This document shows, piece by piece, positions 11,904-21,274 of a stretch of 64,000 nucleotides of DNA. The notes beneath the pieces are model-generated. The model was not told where the DNA came from. It searched no databases and worked only from the letters and a program-made list of their open reading frames with translations. Position 1 is the first letter of the stretch; the number at the start of each line of letters is the position of its first letter. The position numbers and the translations under genes are program-made. The stretch lies in assembly GCA_018062965.1 (NCBI GenBank), contig JAGORG010000002.1, positions 1,860 through 65,859 of the forward strand, in the 5' to 3' direction. The DNA comes from Minisyncoccota bacterium (lineage in GTDB: Bacteria > Patescibacteriota > Minisyncoccia > Phycocordibacterales > UBA5272).

Positions 11904-14900
11904 TTATAGAGATGATTCACCGATTAATGGCTCTTCCATACCTTCTATCTTGCGCGGAACAACATCAAGCGATAGTCCACGGAGTGTATTCAACATCACC
12001 GTAAACGACGCAGGAGTGTTAGGTTCCTGAACATCTTCACCCTTGATAATAGAATCAAACGCAGCCGAACGTCCTACGATATCGTCAGACTTAACGGTAA
12101 GCATTTCACGCAAAATGTGTGATGCACCGTACCCTTCGAGAGCCCATACTTCCATTTCCCCAAAACGCTGACCTCCTCCTTGAGCCTTTCCACCAAGAGG
12201 CTGCTGTGTAATAAGAGAGTACGGACCGATAGAACGCATGTGAATCTTGTCTTCAACCATGTGATGCAGCTTCATAATGTACATGACACCAACGGCAGTT
12301 TCCTGATTAAATGCTTCACCTGTGCGACCATCAAAGAGCTGCATAGTTCCAGAGTCTTTGAATCCTGCCTTTACGAGTTCTTCTTTGATTTCCTTTTCAT
12401 TTGCACCCTGGAATGAAGGAACAACAGCCTGGTATCCAAGCGTGTCCGCTGCAAGACCCAAGTGCATTTCAAGAATCTGTCCAAGGTTCATACGTGATGG
12501 CACACCAAGCGGTGTAAGGATCATGTCAATTGGATTTCCTGCTTCGTCAAATGGCATTTCTTCAACTGGGAGGATTGTAGAGATAACACCTTTGTTTCCG
12601 TGTCGCCCTGCAAGCTTGTCTCCAACAGAGATGTTACGAATCTGCGCAACTTCGATATGAATACGCTTGATGATACCGCTTTCGAGGTTATCCCCTCGTT
12701 CACGTGAGAATACCTTTACACCGATGATACGTCCACGCTTTCCGTGATCAAGACGAAGAGATGAGTCCTTCACATCACGAACCTTTTCACCGAAGATAGA
12801 ACGAAGAAGTCGTTCTTCTGGAGTAAGTTCAGTTTCTCCCTTTGGAGTGATCTTACCTACGAGGATGTCTCCTGGGCGAACTTCAGCACCGATACGGATA
12901 ATACCGTCTTCGTCGAGGTTCTTAAGCTTTCCTTCACCAACGTTTGGAATATCGTGTGTTGTTACTTCAGCACCGAGCTTTGTATCACGTACGTTACATA
13001 CGAATTCTTCGATGTGGATTGAAGAGAACTTGCTGTTCTTTACAAGACGTTCTGAAAGAATGATGGCGTCTTCGTAGTTAGCACCATTCCATGACATGAA
13101 CGCTACACGGATGTTGTGACCGAGTGCAATCTGTCCATTGTCTGATGTTGCAGCATCTGCGAGCACCTGTCCTTTCTTTACCTTGTCTCCAAGAGAAACG
13201 ATTGGTCGCTGGTGGAATAGGTTAAACGCGTTAGTACGAGCAAAGTTGATAAGGTCATATGTATATTCCTTCTTGTCGTTTTTGATAACGATTTTCTTTG
13301 CGTCAACATATTTCACTTCTCCTGCATCTTCTGCGAGGATGAGGCGTCCGATGTGCTTTGCAGCTTCTGCTTCCATACCGGTAGCAACAACTGGAGCTTC
13401 TGGACACATAAGTGGCACTGATTGCTTCTGCATGTTTGAACCCATGAGTGCGCGAGTCGCGTCGTCATGTTCGAGGAATGGAATCATAGATGTCGCAACA
13501 GAAAACGCTTGGTTTGTCGCCACATCGATGTATTCGATTTCTTCACGATCAACAAGTGCTGGCTGTCCTGCTACACGAGCTTCTACCTGCTTGTTCACAA
13601 GCTTTCCATCTTCGTCGTATTCATTTCCTGCGTGAGCAATCGTATGACGTTCTTCTTCAAGAGCGTTCATGTATGTGATTTCCTTTGTAATCTTTCCTTT
13701 TTCTACCTTTACGTATGGAGTTTCGATAATACCGAAGTCGTTGATACGTGCGTAGTTAGAAAGACGCAAGATAAGACCGATGTTTGGACCTTCTGGAGTG
13801 TGGATTGGACACACACGACCGTAGTGTGATGTGTGCACGTCACGCACTTCAAAACCTGCTCGTTCACGTGTAAGACCTCCGGGACCAAGGGCAGATAACG
13901 TACGCAAGTGTTCTACTTCCGCAAGCAAGTTTTCCTGGTTCATGAACTGAGAAAGCTGGTTTGTTGTAAAGAATTCCTTGATACGAGCCTGAAGTGGTCG
14001 CTGGTTGATGATTGCGATTGGAAGTGTCGTATCAGTGTCGATAACAGACATCTTGTCCTGAATATTTCGCTTCATCTGCATCATACCTGTACGGATCTTT
14101 TGCGCCATCATTTCACCTACATAACGAACACGACGGCTTCCGAGGTGGTCGATATCGTCTTCTTCAGCATTAGGATTGCTGTTAAGTTCGATCATGTGAT
14201 TGATGATTTCAACCATATCTTCCTTTGAAAGCGTACGACGTGCGGCGTCTTTGTCTGTCTTTGCATCAGTTGGTTTGCCGAAACGCTTGTTGAAACGGAA
14301 ACGTCCAACAGGAGAAAGGTCATAACGCTCTGGTGAAAGGATAGAATCTACGTATTCCTTTGCGTTTTCTGGAGTAGCGAGGTCACCATCACGGAGACGC
14401 TTGTAAATTTCGATGTATCCATCATGGATAGTTTTGACATCATCACGTTCGATGAGTGCAGACATAAGCGCTTGAGCTTGTTCTTTTCCTTCAAATGCAG
14501 CACGAATAGACTCATCACTTGTGAGTCCCATAACACGAAGGAGTGCAATTACAGAGAATTTACGCTTCTTGTCGATACGAACATATACACCACCGTCTGC
14601 TTCTGTTCCGAGTTCAATCCACACACCACGTGAAGGAATGATTTTTGCACCAAAGTAACGCTTTCCTTTTGATTCTTCAGAATCAAAGAAAACACCGAAT
14701 GATCGGGCGAGCTGTGGAACAACTACACGTTCAACACCGTTGATGATAAACGTACCGTGAACCGTCATGAGCGGAAAGTCCGCCATGAAGATTTCTTGTT
14801 CCTTAATAGTATTTAGGATTTTGTTTGTGAGCTTTACACGAGCGCGAAGTGGAGCTTCGTAGGTAAGCTTGTTTTCCTTTGCGTAGACTTCGTCGTATTT

Positions 14901-15122
14901 TGGAGCAGAAAGTTCAAATGAGATAAACTCAAGATCAAATTTCTTTTCAGAATAGTCACGTAGTGGAGAAAACTCGCGGAAAATTTCAACGATACCTTTT
15001 TCGGTAAGGTCTTTATATGAAAGAATCTGGTTTTCGACGAGGTTAGGGAGTTTAGTAAGAGGGTCTCGATATTTCGAGAATGTTTTCACAGGTCGCACGG
15101 TTGAATGTGTATTCTTTGGCAT
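11904..15122 (-). CDS. rpoB: DNA-directed RNA polymerase subunit beta
   Basis: 1072 aa with conserved RpoB blocks. Sits immediately upstream of rpoC. Confidence 0.95.
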   Translation of the reverse strand: MPKNTHSTVRPVKTFSKYRDPLTKLPNLVENQILSYKDLTEKGIVEIFREFSPLRDYSEKKFDLEFISFELSAPKYDEVYAKENKLTYEAPLRARVKLTNKILNTIKEQEIFMADFPLMTVHGTFIINGVERVVVPQLARSFGVFFDSEESKGKRYFGAKIIPSRGVWIELGTEADGGVYVRIDKKRKFSVIALLRVMGLTSDESIRAAFEGKEQAQALMSALIERDDVKTIHDGYIEIYKRLRDGDLATPENAKEYVDSILSPERYDLSPVGRFRFNKRFGKPTDAKTDKDAARRTLSKEDMVEIINHMIELNSNPNAEEDDIDHLGSRRVRYVGEMMAQKIRTGMMQMKRNIQDKMSVIDTDTTLPIAIINQRPLQARIKEFFTTNQLSQFMNQENLLAEVEHLRTLSALGPGGLTRERAGFEVRDVHTSHYGRVCPIHTPEGPNIGLILRLSNYARINDFGIIETPYVKVEKGKITKEITYMNALEEERHTIAHAGNEYDEDGKLVNKQVEARVAGQPALVDREEIEYIDVATNQAFSVATSMIPFLEHDDATRALMGSNMQKQSVPLMCPEAPVVATGMEAEAAKHIGRLILAEDAGEVKYVDAKKIVIKNDKKEYTYDLINFARTNAFNLFHQRPIVSLGDKVKKGQVLADAATSDNGQIALGHNIRVAFMSWNGANYEDAIILSERLVKNSKFSSIHIEEFVCNVRDTKLGAEVTTHDIPNVGEGKLKNLDEDGIIRIGAEVRPGDILVGKITPKGETELTPEERLLRSIFGEKVRDVKDSSLRLDHGKRGRIIGVKVFSRERGDNLESGIIKRIHIEVAQIRNISVGDKLAGRHGNKGVISTILPVEEMPFDEAGNPIDMILTPLGVPSRMNLGQILEMHLGLAADTLGYQAVVPSFQGANEKEIKEELVKAGFKDSGTMQLFDGRTGEAFNQETAVGVMYIMKLHHMVEDKIHMRSIGPYSLITQQPLGGKAQGGGQRFGEMEVWALEGYGASHILREMLTVKSDDIVGRSAAFDSIIKGEDVQEPNTPASFTVMLNTLRGLSLDVVPRKIEGMEEPLIGESSL

Positions 15123-15235
15123 AATGAAAGCATGCGAAAAAGGAGGTGGTGTCTCCTTTTCTTCTTTGTATAGTTAAACCCTAATAATTTACGTAAATTA
15201 TTGCCCTTTCGTTCAAAACTCAATCAGAGGTCAAT

Positions 15236-15262
15236 GTGTGCGGATTATAGCACGCATTATAT
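15236..15262 (-). promoter_or_regulatory. putative extended -10 promoter (TGcTATAATCCGCAC) about 115 nt upstream of rpoB
   Basis: Same motif as the one upstream of rpoD. The rpoB leader also contains a hairpin covering the AAGGAG ribosome binding site. Confidence 0.35.
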
Positions 15263-15289
15263 TTTTAGTAAAGGCACAACCGTGGATAA

Positions 15290-15325
15290 CAAAAGCCCAA
15301 GAAAGCTTTGCTTTCTTGGGCTTGA
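15290..15325. terminator. hairpin aagcccaagaaagctttgctttcttgggctt
   Basis: Perfect inverted repeat downstream of the gene at 15335-15691. Confidence 0.45.
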
Positions 15326-15334
15326 TTCCGCCCC

Positions 15335-15691
15335 CTACTTTTTACGTGGAAGCAGCTTTGATAACCATGTATCGTCAGGTGGTTCTCGGTTACCAAGCGT
15401 TCCCAAGTTGAGATGATCCCACAAATCTGGGTATCTTGGGTCACTTGGACCAATTCCATTTTTAAGCGCTTCAGCGCGTGCCCTGACAAGATCAAAACTT
15501 GCTTGTTGCGTAGCGTAGTCAACATCGAGCCGCTTGAGCTCACTTTTGTGCCAATCAACAACGACTGACTGGCAAGCGTAATAAAACGCTGCATAGCCTG
15601 AGTCGTATGCGATACCACGACCACTGACCGGTCTGGGCAGTAGCGCAGTAAACAATCGCGCCGCCACAACACTCAACCACGAATGCTTCAT
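15335..15691 (-). CDS. hypothetical protein (118 aa), possibly secreted
   Basis: AGGAG lies 7 nt upstream of the ATG at 15691. Hydrophobic N-terminus. Confidence 0.5.
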   Translation of the reverse strand: MKHSWLSVVAARLFTALLPRPVSGRGIAYDSGYAAFYYACQSVVVDWHKSELKRLDVDYATQQASFDLVRARAEALKNGIGPSDPRYPDLWDHLNLGTLGNREPPDDTWLSKLLPRKK

Positions 15692-15787
15692 TTCGTTCTC
15701 CTGTGAATGAATCTATATTTCATGCTATCAAAAAATACAAGCAATATCCACTAGTCCCTATACAGTATTGCCTATACACTACTCTAT

Positions 15788-16360
15788 ATGAATATCCTCA
15801 TCGTTAAAGCTCACCCATCTCCATCTGGTCATACGCATAGAATTGCAGACACATACGCGCAAGCAAAACGAGCAAAAGGTGCACAGGTGCAGATAGTTGA
15901 TCTGTATGCAAAGGAATATACGTGTGACTTGTTATGTTTCGACAACATCCGAGAAATGGAGCCTCAGAAACTACAAAAAACGTTTGAAGATCAAATCACC
16001 TGGGCAAATGAAATAGTTGTAGTGCATCCAATCTGGTGGGGACTACCTCCTGCGATTATGAAAAACTGGATAGATCTGACGATGTGGGTGCATTTTGCGT
16101 ACCGCTACACACCGGATGGAAAAGTGGTTGAAATGCTTCGTGGTAAAACTGCAAAAATCTTTGCAACTGCTGGTGGAACAGGATGGTGGTATCATCTTCC
16201 AATTCTTCCTTTGGCATCATATTGGAAAATCTGCGTGTTCGGGTTCGTTGGTATCGATGTAACTGACATGAAGATTTGTAGCAATATGGATAAATGGAAA
16301 GGAGAAAAAGCAGAAAAACATTTTGAGAAGTTTTTGAAGAAGATTAAAGCATCTGCCTAA
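15788..16360 (+). CDS. flavodoxin-like fold NAD(P)H dehydrogenase (quinone) family protein
   Basis: Resembles the Flavodoxin_2/NQO-like family: N-terminal ILIVKAHP and HPIWWGLPPAIMKNWID. Confidence 0.65.
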   Translation: MNILIVKAHPSPSGHTHRIADTYAQAKRAKGAQVQIVDLYAKEYTCDLLCFDNIREMEPQKLQKTFEDQITWANEIVVVHPIWWGLPPAIMKNWIDLTMWVHFAYRYTPDGKVVEMLRGKTAKIFATAGGTGWWYHLPILPLASYWKICVFGFVGIDVTDMKICSNMDKWKGEKAEKHFEKFLKKIKASA

Positions 16361-16365
16361 TACAT

Positions 16366-16400
16366 AAATTGACTTTCTGTTGAGTTCGTGTTATAATAGA
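16366..16400 (+). promoter_or_regulatory. consensus-like sigma70 promoter TTGACT-17-TATAAT
   Basis: ttgactttctgttgagttcgtgttataat sits just upstream of the AGGAG and ATG at 16427. Confidence 0.5.
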
Positions 16401-16426
16401 AATATAGCTTTTACAGGAGAATTCTT

Positions 16427-16690
16427 ATGGCACACGCTATTGGAATGCTCGTCGGAGCATTCCTTATTTTGTATCTGTTTTACAGTTTCTGGTTTTCAGA
16501 CGATGAACCCCTTAGCTGGAAAACACTTCACCGCCCTCTCATGTGGATTTGGAGAGACACCTATGTCCACTCACCCGCCAGCTTCCGCAGACTCAAACCG
16601 AAGCTCAAAGTAAATGCATTGCTTGTTGTTCTTGGTTTGATTGTGGGTTGGGGCATGACTGACAGCATTCTCCAAACATTTGGACCATGA
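16427..16690 (+). CDS. small membrane protein (87 aa)
   Basis: Two hydrophobic helices with its own promoter and ribosome binding site. Confidence 0.5.
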   Translation: MAHAIGMLVGAFLILYLFYSFWFSDDEPLSWKTLHRPLMWIWRDTYVHSPASFRRLKPKLKVNALLVVLGLIVGWGMTDSILQTFGP

Positions 16691-16708
16691 AACCGCTTCG
16701 GCGGTTTT

Positions 16709-17302
16709 TTATTTAAACTGTTCTAGTTTTTTAAAATCTTCAAACATGACACCTCTCATGTTTGGGTTATACAACCCAACAGCGGGATGATAGAGCGGGA
16801 GCAATGCAACTTTTCCGTACCCAAAATCCCCTTCAAATAGCTCACCATGCATTTTGCTAATAGGTAACAGTTTATCTTCTATGCCTGCACGTTTAAAAAG
16901 ATAATTCATCGAATGCCGTCCAAGCATCACGATAACTTTTGGCTGAATGATTTCTATTTGTCTATCCAAAAATGGTGCGTATAGGGCTATCTCTTCAGGT
17001 GTTGGATCACGATTGTCTTGTGGTCTATCTTTTACAAGGTTTGCTATATAGACCTTTTCACGATCAAGATTGATTGACCCAAGCATTTCATCTAAGAGTT
17101 TCCCTGAGCGTCCACAAAATGGTCGAGCAGATTTGGCTTCTTGCTCTCCTGGCGCTTCTCCTACAAAAAGAATATGCGTATCGTGCGCCCCTTCTCCAAT
17201 AACAGGAACATAGCTATTCTCTGTGCGATAGGCATACAAGGGAGATGAAGTTAGGGCAAGCACTTCATCTCTGATTTGTTTCATTGCCTCTCGTTTATCC
17301 AT
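16709..17302 (-). CDS. uracil-DNA glycosylase, family 4
   Basis: Motifs GEAPGEQE and GRSGKLLDEML are typical of family 4 UDG. Confidence 0.8.
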   Translation of the reverse strand: MDKREAMKQIRDEVLALTSSPLYAYRTENSYVPVIGEGAHDTHILFVGEAPGEQEAKSARPFCGRSGKLLDEMLGSINLDREKVYIANLVKDRPQDNRDPTPEEIALYAPFLDRQIEIIQPKVIVMLGRHSMNYLFKRAGIEDKLLPISKMHGELFEGDFGYGKVALLPLYHPAVGLYNPNMRGVMFEDFKKLEQFK

Positions 17303-17334
17303 ACAGGTTAGTATATCAAACGAGACAAAGCTTT

Positions 17335-17817
17335 TTATAAGGCGCTTACGATGTTTACTTCTTGTGATGTGACACTATCGCCCTCACCAAAACTAAATGA
17401 TGCCTTAACCAAGCCACCTTTCAAAACCTCAGGCAGCCAAAACCTATCATCTGACCACATATCATCATATGGAATATCTGCAACCGCAAACCAAGCAGGT
17501 TTCATCTCTTCGCTTTCTGTTGGGGTTCCGGCATATTCGTCAGCAAAAAACACATGAACTAGTTGGTCCCACTCTGGTTTGTGTGGAAAGGTAAATGTAA
17601 GCTCTGCGACTTTGGACATCTCAGATACCGTGACACCAATTTCTTCTTGCGTCTCACGTACGACAGCATCTTTGATTGTTTCTCCCGATTCAGTTTTACC
17701 TCCAGTACCATTCCATCTCCCCGCTCCAAACCCCCGCTTTTTCATAGCAAGACATATATCTGTAACCACCCCACTTTCAGATGTCTTTATTAGAAAAAGA
17801 AGTGTTGTATCTCGCAT
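17335..17817 (-). CDS. NUDIX hydrolase
   Basis: Nudix box GGKTESGETIKDAVVRETQEEIGV. Confidence 0.8.
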   Translation of the reverse strand: MRDTTLLFLIKTSESGVVTDICLAMKKRGFGAGRWNGTGGKTESGETIKDAVVRETQEEIGVTVSEMSKVAELTFTFPHKPEWDQLVHVFFADEYAGTPTESEEMKPAWFAVADIPYDDMWSDDRFWLPEVLKGGLVKASFSFGEGDSVTSQEVNIVSAL

Positions 17818-17823
17818 GTTGTT

Positions 17824-18231
17824 TTATTTCCAAGCAGCCAACCAATCATTCATCATTTTTATTTCAGTTGTTTGTGCATTTATGATGTCATCGGCTAGCT
17901 TTTTTACTTCAGCGCGAGGATTAAGCAGAAGCACCTGTCGTGCCATTTCTACAGCCGCTTCATGATGAAGAACCATGTCTTTGAGGAACTGTTCTTCACT
18001 TGTAACCTTTCCCATCATGTATTTGTTTTGATGATGTCCATCTTTTTCGTTTAGAGAAAGCATGTGAGAACTCTTTGCTTTTGCTAGACGTTCTGGATAG
18101 TAGAGACCTATCATATCCATACCACTTGGAACAAGAAGTGAAAACGCATACATACCAGCCCCAAGTCCAATTGCGATACCAATAAACGTATAACGATTCA
18201 CATACGAACGAAATGATTGCATGATTTTCAT
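17824..18231 (-). CDS. DUF305-like protein with N-terminal transmembrane helix
   Basis: The C-terminal HHEAAVEMARQ...NDWL pattern matches DUF305. Start uncertain (the GTG at 18252 or the ATG at 18231). Confidence 0.6.
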   Translation of the reverse strand: MKIMQSFRSYVNRYTFIGIAIGLGAGMYAFSLLVPSGMDMIGLYYPERLAKAKSSHMLSLNEKDGHHQNKYMMGKVTSEEQFLKDMVLHHEAAVEMARQVLLLNPRAEVKKLADDIINAQTTEIKMMNDWLAAWK

Positions 18232-18290
18232 ATATAGTAAGTATACCACCACTCCTGGAGAGGTTGCATGTACTCAACGATATGTAGCCC

Positions 18291-18397
18291 TGGGTGGCAG
18301 ACATCTTTTAAAAAGTATTGCGCAAGCGGGCAGCTGAGCATGAGTGCATTTTCTAGCAAGAAAATGACACGTCTTTTTAAAAGATGTCTGCCACCCA
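18291..18397. repeat. 25 bp perfect inverted repeat around a 57 bp loop, upstream of the DUF305 gene
   Basis: tgggtggcagacatcttttaaaaag ... ctttttaaaagatgtctgccaccca. Confidence 0.6.
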
Positions 18398-18403
18398 GAA
18401 AGT

Positions 18404-18495
18404 AAAAACAAAAGCGGCGCCATAGGCTCCCGATTTCTTAGATTGTAATCAGTCTTTTGAAATCACAGTCCTGTAAGGGCGCCGCTTTTGTTTTT
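18404..18495. terminator. long hairpin (18 bp stem, 56 nt loop) downstream of the helicase gene; the loop carries a 47 nt core repeated at 60965
   Basis: aaaaacaaaagcggcgcc ... ggcgccgcttttgttttt. The stem is followed by a T-run on the minus strand. Confidence 0.5.
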
Positions 18496-18500
18496 AAAGA

Positions 18501-19808
18501 TTATCGATGATTTGGTACAAACGTGAGAGCATGACCCAACTTTGTTCCACGTCCTGTACGACCGATACGGTGAACGTATGTTTCGTAGTTATTTGGAATA
18601 TCGTAGTTGACCACAAGAGAGATATCTGAGATATCAAGCCCTCGCGCTGCAACGTCTGTTGCAATCACAACCTGCACACGTCCAGACTCAAGCGACTTCA
18701 CAGCACGCTCACGTTCACGGTTATGCATATCTCCGTGAAGAGCAAGTGCGTTAAACCCACGAGCCTTGAGTTCATCAGCGAGCTTATCAACGTGTCGCTT
18801 CATTTCGCGGAAGATAAGTACTTTTGAATATTCTGGCTTGTTAAGAATCTCATGAAGGGCTTCCAACTTGTCAGCATCGCTAGTTGCACGGATAACATCC
18901 TGCATCACAGACGCAGCTGTATCACGAGTTTTGATAGATACGGTTACTGGATCATTCAAGAAGTCACTCACAAGACGCTTAATCTCTGGAGAAAATGTCG
19001 CAGAGAAGAAAAGTCCTTGCTTTGCCTTTGGCATTGCTCCGAGGATAGAGCGCATATCGTCAATGAATCCCATATCAAGCATACGATCTGCTTCATCAAG
19101 TACGATTGAGTCAAAGTATGACATGTTGATCTTGCCGCGTTCGATAAGATCCTTTACACGTCCTGGAGTTCCGATAACAGCATGAACACCAAGTTCAAGT
19201 TCTTTTATCTGACGCATGATTGGAGCACCACCCACACAAGCAACAGAAAAGAGTTTCATGCCGCGAGTAAAGTTGATGAACTCTGCTTCTACCTGAAGCG
19301 CAAGCTCGCGAGTAGGAGTGAGCACCATGATCTTCTGATCATTGTTTGCTACGAGTTTATTGATAAGTGGAATAAGAAATGCTGCAGTCTTTCCAGTTCC
19401 AGTTGAGGCGATACCTACAACATCTTTACCAGAAAGCGCTACAGGAATAGCTTGGTCCTGAATAGCAGATGGATGGATAAGACCCTTTGCGGTAAGGTTT
19501 GCAGACAATGTTTCAGCAATACCAAAATCCATAAATGAATTTGTTGGTGTATATGTGTCTGTTTCGCTTACTGCGACTTCTTTATTGATAAATAGCTTTT
19601 CATCGATGAAGTCCTTGCGGAAACCCTTCTTTGGATTAAACGGCTTTGCAGCTCCTCCAGAACGAGAACCGAATCGTCCACGTGAAGAACCTCCACGAGA
19701 AAATCCACCTTCGCGACGAGGTGATGAAAATGAGCGGCCACGTGATGGACGATCTGAGAAACGAGAACGTGAGCCAGTATCTGACCCACCAGTTGTAATG
19801 GTGTACAT
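18501..19808 (-). CDS. DEAD-box ATP-dependent RNA helicase with N-terminal RG/RS-rich region
   Basis: Q-motif, Walker A motif GTGKTAAF, DEAD box, SAT and HRIGRTGR. The start is ambiguous: it may extend to 19880. Confidence 0.85.
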   Translation of the reverse strand: MYTITTGGSDTGSRSRFSDRPSRGRSFSSPRREGGFSRGGSSRGRFGSRSGGAAKPFNPKKGFRKDFIDEKLFINKEVAVSETDTYTPTNSFMDFGIAETLSANLTAKGLIHPSAIQDQAIPVALSGKDVVGIASTGTGKTAAFLIPLINKLVANNDQKIMVLTPTRELALQVEAEFINFTRGMKLFSVACVGGAPIMRQIKELELGVHAVIGTPGRVKDLIERGKINMSYFDSIVLDEADRMLDMGFIDDMRSILGAMPKAKQGLFFSATFSPEIKRLVSDFLNDPVTVSIKTRDTAASVMQDVIRATSDADKLEALHEILNKPEYSKVLIFREMKRHVDKLADELKARGFNALALHGDMHNRERERAVKSLESGRVQVVIATDVAARGLDISDISLVVNYDIPNNYETYVHRIGRTGRGTKLGHALTFVPNHR

Positions 19809-20144
19809 AAATGTAGTTTGTATTAAGGTTAATGTGATTATTTGCGCTCGACTTCTTTTCGATGAAGACTCTTCTATCAAGAAAAGATAGATGTATGGTT
19901 ATCGCAACGCGTCACATAAACTGACTACACAAGGATATCCATAAGGAAATAATATGACTATTCTAGCAGATAAGATATGTTTTGTCAATGTTAGGATTTT
20001 TAAAATACATAATACAGATTCTTTTCTTTTTACTTTCCCGTCGAACTAAACGGCATACTTTTTTGCTAAAAAGTTGCCTCCCTCTCAACTCGCCAGTTTC
20101 CGAGAGTTAGTTCTCACGGGAAAGTGGAGTTTGTTACTATACAA

Positions 20145-20172
20145 AATAAAAAACCCGCCGAAACGGGTTTTC
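20145..20172 (-). terminator. hairpin aaacccgccgaaacgggttt preceded by an A-run
   Basis: Sits downstream of the minus-strand gene ending at 20194. Confidence 0.5.
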
Positions 20173-20193
20173 CGCCGTTGGGCGAGTTGCAGT

Positions 20194-20652
20194 TCAGTGC
20201 ACAGTCTGGATGCGCTTCTGGGCTTGCGCCACGAAGCAGTTCACCTGACCTTCACCTTCCAGCAAACAGAACGCGAGGAACGCGATACTGTCTGCGTCTT
20301 CCGTGGAAGGCGAACCCCACGCCGACTTTTTGGCCGTCTCAGCGAGAAGCTGGCGCTGACCGATGAGTTCGCGGTAGAAGTCGTCGACGTTGTTGTCGTC
20401 GCCGACGTTCTTCACGAGCTCGGGCAGGAGTGCCACGACCTTGGTCATCGCCGTTTTGCCGAAGATCCGCGAGAAGCAGGCCTCCAGCATTTCGGGAGTG
20501 ACGTCAGGGCGCAAGCGCACGGGTTCGTCCCAGTTGGTCATATAGGTCTCGTGGACCATCCTGAACACCTTCGATGCCAACTGCCTGTGAGGGAAGAAGG
20601 TCACGTCGGTGGGGTTTTGACGGAACTGGGAGAAGTTTTCAAAGAAGTTCAT
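20194..20652 (-). CDS. hypothetical protein (152 aa), start MNFFENF; GC-elevated
   Basis: AGGAGG lies 5 nt upstream of the ATG. Has its own promoter and terminator. GC is clearly higher than in flanking core genes. Confidence 0.55.
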   Translation of the reverse strand: MNFFENFSQFRQNPTDVTFFPHRQLASKVFRMVHETYMTNWDEPVRLRPDVTPEMLEACFSRIFGKTAMTKVVALLPELVKNVGDDNNVDDFYRELIGQRQLLAETAKKSAWGSPSTEDADSIAFLAFCLLEGEGQVNCFVAQAQKRIQTVH

Positions 20653-20703
20653 AGACCCTCCTCTACGGTTAGTGGCGGGATTGCCACAGTCTTGAACATA
20701 TAA

Positions 20704-20732
20704 AATATAGCACACTATTATGTAAAAGTCAA
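20704..20732 (-). promoter_or_regulatory. near-consensus sigma70 promoter TTGACT-17-TATATT
   Basis: The minus strand reads ttgacttttacataatagtgtgctatatt. Confidence 0.5.
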
Positions 20733-20761
20733 GTATGTAAGCCTATACCTACAAGGTATTT

Positions 20762-20793
20762 AAAAATAAAAAAACCGCCGGTGAGGGCGGTTG
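20762..20793 (-). terminator. hairpin aaccgccggtgagggcggtt preceded by an A-run
   Basis: Same style as the 20145 terminator. Confidence 0.5.
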
Positions 20794-20817
20794 TGGTTGT
20801 CTGACCGGCGCGGTCGA

Positions 20818-21111
20818 TCAGGCGGCAACGGGTTCGTCTTCTGCGACGAGACCTTCTTCGCCGTAGAGGAAGAACTGCGCGCCGGACTTGCTGTTCTTGC
20901 GGTATTCCGCGAGCGCCATCAGACCGGCGGCCTTGGTTTGGATGCTGCCCTGCATCAGGTCGACGTTGCCGTCCGGCACATCGTCAACGGTCTGCGGAGG
21001 CTTCGCACCCGGCGGCAGGCCACCAAAGATGAGGATGACAAACTTGTCGGCAGAGTTCTGGTCGGGACGGGCCTGGAAGACACCATCTTTCGTGTTGCGA
21101 TTGTTGTCCAT
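20818..21111 (-). CDS. hypothetical small protein (about 97 aa), high GC
   Basis: The ORF has its own promoter and terminator. Start taken at MDNNRN; an alternative ATG lies at 21165. Confidence 0.45.
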   Translation of the reverse strand: MDNNRNTKDGVFQARPDQNSADKFVILIFGGLPPGAKPPQTVDDVPDGNVDLMQGSIQTKAAGLMALAEYRKNSKSGAQFFLYGEEGLVAEDEPVAA

Positions 21112-21182
21112 GTCTGCTCCTTTTGTAGCAAATGTCCGTCTGGGCAATACGCCAGCTGAAAACATGAATGAACGAACAGAAT

Positions 21183-21209
21183 AGTATAACGAATTTAAAA
21201 TAAAGTCAA
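21183..21209 (-). promoter_or_regulatory. sigma70-like promoter TTGACT-15/16-TATACT
   Basis: The minus strand reads ttgactttattttaaattcgttatact. Confidence 0.4.
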
Positions 21210-21239
21210 GTTGTTTTTTAAAAACTAGCTGTGTTTAGA

Positions 21240-21270
21240 AAATAAAAAACCGCCGGTGAAGGCGAGTTTT
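21240..21270 (-). terminator. hairpin aaccgccggtgaaggcgagtt preceded by an A-run
   Basis: Third copy of the aaaataaaaaaccgcc-type terminator. Confidence 0.4.
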
Positions 21271-21274
21271 GTGC

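Noticed and set aside
15265-15672. 135 aa ORF in an alternative frame overlapping 15335-15691
   Set aside because: The 15335-15691 frame has an AGGAG ribosome binding site at the correct spacing. The overlapping frame has no start support.
20074-20703. 209 aa ORF on the plus strand overlapping the minus-strand cassette gene
   Set aside because: It lies antisense to a gene that has a consensus promoter, an AGGAGG ribosome binding site and a terminator. A long antisense ORF is expected in GC-rich DNA and is most likely spurious.
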